Assembly: GCA_976226885.1 (NCBI GenBank)
Contig: OZ320313.1
Span: 159,836,001 to 159,900,000, forward strand
DNA from: Iphione sp. A-MEVVRFRX5
Taxonomy: Eukaryota
Length of the DNA stretch: 64,000 nt
Direction: 5' to 3'
In this document: piece after piece, positions 25,296 through 36,142 of the stretch
Numbering within the stretch: the first letter of the stretch is position 1
Layout of the letters: each line of letters starts with the position of its first letter
The notes under the pieces: model-generated
Seen by the model: only the letters and a program-made list of their open reading frames with translations
The model's database searches: none
What the model was told of the DNA's origin: nothing
Translations under genes and position numbers: made by a program

Positions 25296-27446
25296 CCAAG
25301 GGCGTTGATGGCGGTTGGAGGAGCCGGAGTTTTGTTTCGCTTATGGTCGGCAGGGGTGTCAGCCAGAAAGGGTAAAGTGTGAAACATGGGCCAAAAAAAG
25401 AGCCAAAGTTATCACAACGTATCGTGTGCCATCGTTCCCTTTCCTTGGTGATCTTTCGGTGACATTTTCGTGTCTCCTTGGTGCCACAAAGCCTCTCTCC
25501 CTGGAGGGGTACCTTTAAAACCTATGGATCAAAAGCAACGTCCGCCAGCAAAAATATTGGCCAGTTTAGTTCGCATATTACTGTACTAAAGTTGACGTCT
25601 ATCGGACGACGTACATATGGATGAATAGAAGAATAAAAGTGGTATCATATAGCAGTCAAATAATCTATTGCGGTTCGTTGGCATTATTAACAGGAACTCT
25701 ATCCAGGGGATCTAACTGTCGTTGCTTTCTTTTGCCTGAATTTCGGTACGGTAATTAGAAATACGACGCCACCGGTATTATTCTCTTGTGGACGTGTATT
25801 TCTGTTGATGGTGGTCTGTAAAATTTAGAGTATATTTCGAGTCTGCTTGCTTGAGCAAAAAAAAAGCTACTAAATTACGGCGATAGAATGCGTATTAAAT
25901 AGTCACCGGACGTTGTTCCTGGCTAGGTATTATATATTATCGGAAAATAACACGCATCACACAGTTAAGTCTAAAAAAAAAGTTCTGTGTTTCGGGTAAC
26001 AAGCTGGAAAAAAGAGGGTCGGTTGATAGGTGGTACTTTTTTCTTATTTTTTGTCAATGTTGATTTACACTGAAAGGAACAAATACGCGTATATGGCGAT
26101 ATCACTTCTGCTGCTCATATTTTAAATGCCAAATGAAAGCTGAGGCCATAACGAAGAAAATGGTATATGGCATAGTCTCTATCCCCATTCAATCTGGAGT
26201 CTGGAGATATTTACAAAATAAGAAAAAATTAAACGTTAAATTTGCCTCTGACGTAGGTTTGGTCGGGTTATCGGAAACACAGTATTTTTTTATTACGCCT
26301 TACCATACAATCCAGAATGTTTCCCGTTTGGGTGATAAATTCACACACCCATGATGCTTTATACTGAAAATGCAACCGGTTTTTTCCCCGGTGAGATTAG
26401 TTAGCGATGTTTGTAGAGACTGTCGAATAGAATGAGGTGAATATGCCTCAATGTCGATATGATCTTGTCAAGCAGGACAGCAGGAATATTCCATCTTTAT
26501 ATACACGCGCGTTTGTGTTCCAAGAGCCAACTATTGCAGGGACTTGCTATTCTCATTTCTAACACAACACTATCACTATGCAAAGTAGATTGTCTGTTAC
26601 TAGATGAGGATATTGGGTAGTACAAGGGACAGTTCGACGATTTTCTGCTCATGTAATAAAGTAGAAGAGATAAAAAAAAATGAAAGTGCCTCAATCTAGT
26701 TTCCTTACATTACTGTACGAACTTGGTCAATATTGTCAGACGTAGGTAAGTCCTTGAAAGATAACAATCTTGACACGAATTTATCTATATGCCAATCTTT
26801 AAAGCGTTATTTGGTAAAAAAAAAATGATGGACGTGTCCGTTTTATTATCAACCATTCCCTTACGTAATATTTTACAGAAATTACAGATTCCCAGTCAAT
26901 ACTCAGCTTTGGAAAACACTGGAAAGGCAACAAAGAGCCCAAATTCCTTACCTGTATAAGCCGCTGCTCGCCTTTCAGTATCAGATATATGTACATGTAG
27001 TTTGCCCTTGAAAAGTAATAAAACACCATCGATCGTAGTTCTATGGTGCCACTATGATTCAGCGCTTTTACCACTTCAAAACAAATCTTGAGAAGGATCA
27101 GCGAGGAATGGATGCGTTATGCTGATGTCAATCGGTAGATAAAATATTTACGGTTCTAGTAAAGGGTAGTGTGGGGGGGGGGCTGCTGACAGGAACGAAC
27201 GAGATGACATGCTCTCTGGTTTAGTCGAGGTCGAAATGATAGCCAATAGCAATTGACAGAGAAATCCTCATCGATCATTGAACGAGCAATCTCTCAACCC
27301 TCTCATCTCTATGTCAATACATGTACATGGTATCGTATAGCAAGAGTAACGGACTGAACCTGTTGACCTTACGTCAGGTCTATGACCGCTTGATTTCTAG
27401 ATGCGGTTCACATTAGTCCCACAAAAAAGCATTTTTTTCTATATAA

Positions 27447-28175
27447 TTGAGAGCCAGTACAGCAAACCTGTCCCTGTTTAACTTGTATACAGATACACCA
27501 TTATGCGATTTCCTGATCGATTATGCCAATAACAAACAGTTAAGCGACGAACTTTGGTATCTGTTATTTGCTCGAATGAAGCCAGGAACATTCACTCAAC
27601 GATTTTCAATTCAGTCTGATCCGGGTTCCATCAGCGTACTGTCTAGTCTGCAGGAATTGCTAGTTCAAAGAGGCCACCGGGTGGTGTTCAGAGCCTACTG
27701 CGCTGCTACTTGCGGTCAGTTGGCCTTTGACCGCACCTGGCAGGTACCGTACCCTGCGGCCGCTCCCATGGGCAATGAACTACTAGCAGTTTTCCCTAAT
27801 GGATGACTTGCCCCCCGTACAATCCACGTCCGCCCCGAAAAGCCTTGCGCAAAACCGCGGATGAGTCGACTCGGAGCACAAAGATACTTGTTCCGGCAAT
27901 AAACGTTCGAACGGGAGGAGCTGGCCTCACAAAGATTCCCGACCCCACCATCGCTCCAATGCTAAAAATTGACCCCAAGGCGATGTGCACCAACAGCAAG
28001 GGGTAATCAGTACAGATATTTCTTATTTATGCCACCCAGTCAGCTGCGTGTGTGGCTAACGGGGAGTGTGGGTGCTGTTAACAGAGAGGACCTGGAAGCC
28101 ATTCAAATAGACACGATCAGGCATGTGGCCCTTGTTGCTACATACTGGCGAGAGGAGCGGGTTGTAAATATTTAA
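27447..28175 (+). pseudogene. Decayed intron-less reading frame of unknown function (243 codons, 3 internal stops)
   Basis: ORFs 27447-27806 and 27969-28175 share a frame, with stops at 27804, 27900 and 27963. The translation looks globular-protein-like; no family recognised. Confidence 0.4.
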
Positions 28176-28827
28176 CTCGGTGGGGCTCATACTGATCGAT
28201 TCATGTTTTCTCTTTAATCTTTGACCAGTGGCTAGTTGTCCTCGACGTAATATATACACTTATTACTGCCGATCATGCTTCTGATAAAAGACATTCAAAA
28301 ATTATTTTCAAAAAAGCCTGCGGTCGATATGGTTGCCCTTAATATGCAGAATATCATCACAGAACTGTTTGATATTACGACTTACTGAGGACGTTTGAAC
28401 ACTAATAGACAGTAGGTTAGTACAGAGTTTCTTAAAGCTCTAATTTACAGATCATTGATTTGAATAGACGTATTTCTTTAATAATGGGGCTTGAGGAATC
28501 ACAACTAGCATCAGGTTAACAAACAAAGAATGAGGGCAAAGGGGCCAAGGGCACAAACGACCTCTGCACTGCAGCGCCACCAGGCAGCGTGTTGCAGTGG
28601 GCATTCCGGTCATAACCCCCTGACTCCACTACTCTCCACCGGAGGGGGCGGCCAGCAGAGGTTTCATGGATCATAGGTGGTTTCCATGGAAACTAGACCC
28701 TGGTGTACAGGTCTGTCGCGCCTGGCATTTTTTATGAACGAGTCGGTGGACACGAGCCTGTATCTGGATGTCCTCCGGACAAGCTGCAAATGACTGGTCG
28801 TCGGAAAGCATCTGAGGACTGGGTTGG

Positions 28828-29006
28828 NNNNNNNNNNNNNNNNNNNNNNNNNNNNNNNNNNNNNNNNNNNNNNNNNNNNNNNNNNNNNNNNNNNNNNNNN
28901 NNNNNNNNNNNNNNNNNNNNNNNNNNNNNNNNNNNNNNNNNNNNNNNNNNNNNNNNNNNNNNNNNNNNNNNNNNNNNNNNNNNNNNNNNNNNNNNNNNNN
29001 NNNNNN
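28828..29006. other. Assembly gap (179 N)
   Basis: Run of N. The right flank starts with a GGT/GCT trinucleotide-like repeat. Confidence 1.
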
Positions 29007-32000
29007 GTGGTGGTGCTGATGCTGGTGCTCAGTTTCATAGTTCTGATGTCCGACATGACAGGTGGCAGTTTAAGCTTTGCCAATATTTATAATAGCAGTG
29101 TATCAATTCTAGTGGGAAGTGGAAACGGTACAGTGTAAAGAGCACGAAATTAGGGGTTGTGCATGTAGTGGTTCTATTGTGGCTTCCATTCTCACGGTGC
29201 ACAGGCATATATGACTCGGCAACCGGACAACTGATACCAAATTTACCGTGTTCCCACTTGGTTAGACTGGATGGGCCCTCCCTGCCGAAGTGTACGGGAT
29301 GTCCTCCACACCGACTTGCCCGACCCAGCCACGCCTCAGTCAGTGGTCATGGTGCCCCTTGCTCGAAGCCTTTAAAGCCTCCTGGTGGCAGGTGATCAAA
29401 CGCAGGCTGCCGTGGCCTCTAAAGCGTCTGCGGTGAAGATCAATGGCTTTTTTTGTTCAGGGGGTCCCGGCGCCCACGGCGGGTCCTCCCGTGCCATCAG
29501 ATGCAGCAAACGCCCAACCACGTCCTGTGATGGAGCAGCCATTAGAGGGCTGGCGGACATGAGATGGTTAAAAGAAATACGAAAAAGATAGCTTCTTGTG
29601 GAAATAGCTTTATTATATGTGAGATTGTAAGCTTCTTGTAACCAGATTCCATCGTCGCTTCTCAAACGCAGCGACTAAATGCAAGAGGGAAAAAACAGGC
29701 ATATTTGGACCACGTCTATTGCGAGCATGCTCCCCCCCCGGCAACATTTTTAAACACGATCCTATTGCTTTGTATCACACGAGCTTTGTGTCCAACTATT
29801 ATACTCCCAAGTCAGTGATAGCCTAGTGCATGCATGCATTGCATATTTAGTTCACTTGTATGGGGCAGGGCCCCAATGGAGGAGGCTGGTCGTTCACATG
29901 CAATGGCATGCTTAGTCATTATCTGTCCACCCACTTGTTGAGCCGACATGCTAATCTGGAAATTGTCGCAATGCCGCTTTATGAGGCGGTAACCCTAGCC
30001 TATCGTATGTCTGATCCCATCACTGTGTAACGTATGTCGGAGCCCGGGGCCAGCTGCCAAGAGCGACTCACGCTGACTGCAAGAACTACACGATACCTAT
30101 TTGCTCGGGACGTTTGCGGAGTTTCTCTGGCCAATACAGGGTCTGTGTCAACTGGCACGAATCCAAAAACAGTTCGTGGTCAACATTTGCGCCCGGGCGA
30201 CATGTTTATTTAAGCTGGGGAATGCGGGAGTGAGGAAGTGGTGGCCGCCTGCCTTGTCAATAGTAACGGTCAGGTTCATTGGCGTGTGTCTGGAGGGAAG
30301 GTAAAAGGTTGACGCCAGAACATATTCTGGACGAGAAAGGAGGAGGAAACGGTGGCTTTGACACGACAAAACGGTGCACATAGGTTACCATATCTCTTTA
30401 ACGCTCTAGAGTAAAGCATCTTCGGCAAAAGCTGTGTTTCATATTTAATCGATAAATGGTTTGAACGCTATTTAATGGATGCATGACGTTCACGTATTTA
30501 TAATACGAGTATTATGTGCGCTTATTCTCTTTCCCTTAACTTAAATCCGAATCACACTGTTAATGTTATGCACTCGATGTATACGATAAGATATGCCATC
30601 ATTGAACGAGCTGCATGTGAATAAGCGGCAGTGCCATTCCTCAGACTTATCACCAATAAACGTTACCGAACAAAGCAACACGTCTGCCGAAGCTGTTGGG
30701 TAGTCTTTCTTAGAAACGTCCACAAAGAGAAATGATGGTTTCGCTATCATAAAATCCTGACCACCTCCTCTGCATCACGCCCACACTGAAACCACAGCGC
30801 CTCCCGCCTTTTTTCATGCTGACCTAAGTCGCTTGTAATTGCGTCTATGTCAACGTTCATTACGTGAAGCAATGTGTTCGGGTCGGCAATACTTTAATCT
30901 GCACCCTCCTGGCAAGTCCATGAAACTTTAATGTGCGGCCACCGAAGAAATTAAAGGGAGATTGAAATCGGGAGCTGCTTGCGTTGGGTAATGTAATGTT
31001 CTGGGCGTTGGTCCGATTTTCCAGCTGGTGTGTTATCGACCATCCCGGCCTTATGATAAGATCTGCCGAGATTATGAAGGCCCAATGAAAGACCTGGCAT
31101 TGGTCTGGTTAATAGGTCCGCCTCCTGACATGCCAATCTCTAATTGACGTTCAAGTGCGCAATGACTAGCTGCCATCGGTTGGATGCGTCCAAGGTCTCG
31201 GCAGGTCTGACTTGTACTGCTTGCTGCTAGAGTAGAAAGGAACAACGATCTTAAACCCTTAACTCTTTAACATTCTGGAATGCACTGTAGTAAATTTTCA
31301 GCCCCAACACTATAATTTTCTAGTTAAAAGTCCTCTCCAAAAGGCCAATACTGTACGGTTCGATCGTGTTTAAAATGTTGGTACAGGTATAGTGTGAAAT
31401 CAGTCAACTTTGATGAAATACCTTCAGAGGCAATACAATACTGACAATGCTACATATGGTTAAGCTTTTAGCTGACGCGGGAGGTAAAACATTTTGTCTT
31501 GTGTCAGGAGACAATACTGATTTTGTGAGTGATACCAGAATCAATACACATCAAATGTCAAGCTACAATACCAGAATGCTTCCTGGTTGAATCGATAGAA
31601 GTGTGATGGCAGTGATTTGATCTTTGCCATATTTATTTTGGTGCGCATTTCATAACAAATGTTCAAATATCGCAGTAATGAACAGCTCACCTCAACGGCA
31701 CACAGCATAATCACGCAAATTTAACATGTGACACCAATAAAAGCTGCTTTCATGCAGTGAGTGCGAGAGACCACCCACCGATACAGGATTCATACGACCA
31801 GGTTGGCTTGCGCTTCATATGCCCCTCGCATCCGCCTTCCATACCTACCTAGGTGTTCGTATCTCTTATATTGAACCCCCTGAGCTGAGCCCCTCGGCTA
31901 GGGGCGATCAGCTCAGTATAGTGTCCAACCTCGGCCTGTCATCGCCAGCAGTGAGAGCCGGGCACAGCGCCAGGCCTCCTCCTCTTACCTGCTGCTTGTA

Positions 32001-32096
32001 TCCCCGCGGGGCGCGCCACTTCTAATGCCCGCCCGACTCTCAATACTCCTTAAACTAATCAGCCCTTGTCGGCCGTTCCATCTCGGCGCGGGCCAG

Positions 32097-32113
32097 GGGT
32101 CAGTTAGGGGTCA
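32097..32113 (+). promoter_or_regulatory. Perfect DR5 nuclear-receptor element (RARE consensus)
   Basis: GGGTCA-gttag-GGGTCA matches RGKTCA-N5-RGKTCA. Function untested. Confidence 0.35.
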
Positions 32114-32284
32114 GCCAGCTGCTCCTGCTCGCGGGGTGTCACTGTTGGAATGTGCCTGCCGGCAGGGCGGCCACGGGCCACGGCCAGCCAAAGCACCTGT
32201 GATGCCCCGATCGGGTTTGGGCTACGTGATCTTATCGCTAGGGTTATACGGTTGGGTGTCATAATATGGTTGACACAGGGAACA

Positions 32285-32350
32285 AGAGAGAGGGGAGGCA
32301 GAGAGGGAAAGAAGGGCAGAGAGATGAGAGAGAGGGAGGGAGAGAGTGGC
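32285..32350. repeat. GA-rich low-complexity tract
   Basis: gagagaggggaggcagagagggaaagaagggcagagagatgagagagagggagggagagag. Confidence 0.9.
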
Positions 32351-33999
32351 TGGGAGGAGGGACCGATGAAACTATATGTACTGAGAAAGTTAAGGAGAAC
32401 TTTGCGGACGCGGCACTTTCCACGATCTGAGGTAAGGATTTTGATACTGTTGATCTAGTCAGGTAGCGGTACACTGCTCCATTTGCCTCCTTGTGCATAC
32501 ATATCACATGTATGTCTAAATAAACTGCCACAATTGTAAAGATGAATATGTTTGTAGCCGGGATAGCACGGTCGCCGTTGCTCTATTATTATTTCTTTTC
32601 TGCTGCTTTAACATTAGAGAATATGATCACCATTGACCATCAGGATCCGTATCCTTCTCGCACTCTGAACCTTGGACTTATATGCCAGTCAGCTATCCAT
32701 AAAGGTCGCTTTGAGCTGCCATTTAGTGTTCCATTGAATAAGACGCAGTAGGAAGACCAAACGTGGGACTTAATTTCACGTAAAAAAGAGACGCATAGCG
32801 CTATCATGAACGTGGATTGGAAACTGACGGGGACATTTGATGTTCGTGTAATTTTATCAACGGTATCAGTTTTCTTGTACTATCATTTAGAATTTATGTT
32901 GATACCCTGTGTAGCATCTATAACTACGAGCTGATGTAAGCAGTGGACGGATTATAAGCATAAAATCAGTGTATGTAGCTGTACTACACGCAGATACATT
33001 CTGAGTAGTATATGGAAATGCTGTATTGATACAGGTTCACCGAAAGAAAATCTCTGACGAATAGAACGAACCACGACGTAAAATGTCTGTTGCCGTTCAA
33101 ATCCGGTCTGTTATATGAGCAGTTTGTGAAACCACATTTAGCTGACAGAAAACACGTTCGTATTAAAATACAATACCTTGATGTTTCAATCTGCGAAAGT
33201 ATGCTTTAATTCATCATCCAAAGAAGTAAACAAATACTTTATTCATCGGATATCTGAAAAAGCCGTAGGTTTCCTTGGGACGGTATTTCTTTTGCTTCCT
33301 TCTCCTACTCCTGTTCCACTTTATACATCAACAATTTAATTCTTCCCTCCACGAGTGGAGCGACTAGTCAATCTAGTGGATTTGCCTGTATTTCTAGCCG
33401 CCAGTAGTGCTAGTAAAGGACAAGGCAAGCTTGATTGGCTCGGCAAGCAGCGATCATTCGTGCTGTCGGTCGCTACGTTGGGATATATACATCAGTGCCG
33501 GCCTCAAATTGACACGGATGGTTTAGCCCTGGCCAGGCCCCCGCCGCACAAACGTGCGAATACAAATTGGTGGGGACACCCATGGTCGTGGCCATGATTT
33601 AACCGAGCGATTACCGACCAAATTGCGTTAGCAATCCATTTCCGGGCGCCTCTCGGACCGTGGTTTTCTGTCTTCGTGTTCTATCTCACCTTTTCGCTTT
33701 TCCAAGCTTCCAAGCGGAAAGAGAAAAAGCTTGGATATTACCCTATGCCAATAACATCTAAAGCGTAAGAGTTATTCTTGATGAACATTTTTTAAATGGC
33801 ACACCTGATCCGTTCATTTAAATTCTACTTGAAAAGTTCGGACTAACAAGATTTTCATTAAAGAATTAACAGTTGTTTATGCCAGGAGAAAAGAGAGCTT
33901 TGAAACATTGTTCTTGGTAAAAGCCATTTTCGTTATAAATGAATGAGCCTCTTGGTATTATTTTTCAAAACTGGTGCGTTCACGTTGCCTATCCCCCCA

Positions 34000-34430
34000 A
34001 AACCGGATCCGGAAGCGCGCCGGTGCAAAAGTCCTTGATGGCGCCATGCCGCTTGTTCCGGCGAGCGCGGTGGCTGAAGCCTCCGTCCGCTGGGGACCGG
34101 GCGCAGGTGTCCTCTCCTGCTTATTTTGAAATATTCATCCGCGCGCTGTGCCAATATATAAGCTGTCATTAATGTAATCGGACTCTGCGACTGTCGACTG
34201 ACAGCGGCTGACGTGCTCCCAATACCGCAGCCCCGCTCGCCAAAGTGCCGCAACCCCTGTCCCGCCCTCTTACCCCCTCACTCTCTGGCCAACTTCCTGC
34301 TCGCCGTTAGACTCTCGCTAATATTCCCTCACTCAGTCACTCATGTCCGCCTGCTCGCTTTGCTTCCATCCCGACGGCAGCAGTCGGAGGGCAACAATGC
34401 ATAGCGCCGGCGAGCATCGTCATCAGGTGA
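34000..34430 (+). promoter_or_regulatory. CpG-rich TATA-containing promoter-like region with a possible short first exon
   Basis: TATATAA at 34155-34161 inside a CpG-rich island, then a pyrimidine-rich leader. ATGs at ~34343 and ~34398; only a weak donor (CAG|GTGAAG) at ~34427. Confidence 0.35.
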
Positions 34431-35052
34431 AGTCTCCTGCTGCAACCTTATCAAAGTCCCTGACAGTTTGAATTAACTAGGACAGCAGCATTAGAGAAGC
34501 ATTTCTGAGCAACACCTGGGTACTATTTAAGGCTGTTCTGCCCCTGCTGTCCCCTCTTACGGGGGGGGGGAGGAGGAACAAGGCGTTCATGTGACGCATT
34601 TGACAAGTACAGAATTGTAACGCGTCTCTTAACATATTACTGTCGGTGATCTCTGAAAGAAGCCCCGCTGAATGACGCCTTCAAAGACCGTTACTAGTGC
34701 ATTACGTCTTAATTTTTCGAGCGAAAGACCACGTAACACATTGTATACGTATTTTTGTGTGCTAATATAGGATGGCGAAGGACACGTGTATCGATAAAGC
34801 GAGCTGCCTCCTTCAATTAAGTACATGTAATGCACTAGAGAGCCCAAATGAACGAAATACTAAGACAGCGAAACAGACGGTGCGGTGTTTTTGTGTTACA
34901 TTGTATACAAGGGGAAGGCGAATGACAAGCATATAAACATGTACATGGATTTGGTGCTAAGCATTCATATCTCATGACAGTGAACATCAGGTGTGAGTAG
35001 AATTCACTTTCCTTGCCTTGTCAGTCAACCTCCAAACCCTTCAACCCCAACG

Positions 35053-35120
35053 TCACTCTCTCTCGCTCTCTCTCCCCTCTCTCTTTCTCGCTCTTTCTCT
35101 CTCACTTCTTCTCTCTCCCC
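35053..35120. repeat. CT-rich low-complexity tract
   Basis: ctctctctcgctctctctcccctctctctttctcgctctttctctctcacttcttctctctcccc. Confidence 0.9.
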
Positions 35121-36142
35121 GGCCTTTCCACCCGCCTATGCGCCTCGCAGCCTGGGGGTATTCGCAGTAAACTGGGGCCGGATGACGGGTTGGTCGGTCG
35201 GTGGCAAGTCGTCATAACGAGGTTAGGGCGACGCGTAGGGGCGACGACGCACCAAGCTAGGGCTCCCGCGGAGTGATCCATCACCAGGGGAGTGATCCGG
35301 TTCCATCCAAACACCTGTGTGCACCTCTCCAGGATAAGGGATTACTGCGCGACGTGATGAAGAGCCCACCGGGGGGAGTTATCATACGACGCCTGGCGGC
35401 AATCGCCAGGGCGAGTCTTACATAGGAGGAGGGAAGAAGGCGAGTGAATCACATCGCCTGTGGAACACACCATACAAGAGCCCGATCCATCCACATATTA
35501 TTCACACGCAAAATAACGGTGTTGTCTGAAGTGACACTGGCCAATATATTCCTGGATAAAGATTGAATTCCTCGCATCGTGTCTAGTGGCGCTAGATTTA
35601 TAGTCTGTTCTTGATTTTGAAAATCCAGTGACACATATTTCTGATTTTACGATCAAGCGTCAGTTGTCTGCGACGAATAACATTGTCCTGTATTAAACTC
35701 CAAGTGAATTGAAAGGTGTATTGTCTAATGGGATCGTTTACAAATTTCTCAATTACCCGATGCCCAACTTTACTTCTCTTCTTCACCGCCGTTTAACATC
35801 GTTGATACCTCTTTCCGGACGTCAGTCCACGAACCTGACCAGATCTTAGCTGTCAAATAACGTCTAATTGTGATCTGTTCAAATACAGACAGGGGAAGGC
35901 TCTACAGACCGCACAAAGGTCCAAGAGTTAAGTCGAGTTCAAAAATGTGTGTCATGATGGACTATCGAGTACATGTACTCATAATTATCTCTAGATTATA
36001 GGGTCTCATTAACTTTTCATCCTTCATAGTATATATCATATATATACATGTACTATCTTGTACATATTCCCTGCACTCACTCCACCACCTCATGTTACCA
36101 CTCGCGTTGTTAGAAAAGATTACCTGAACAAAAATTATCTAC

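Noticed and set aside
28703-29138. ORFs spanning the N run
   Set aside because: Their length is an artefact of translating Ns.
34193-34211. TGACAGCGGCTGA, matching the 3' half of miR-210
   Set aside because: The seed region does not match and no precursor hairpin is evident.
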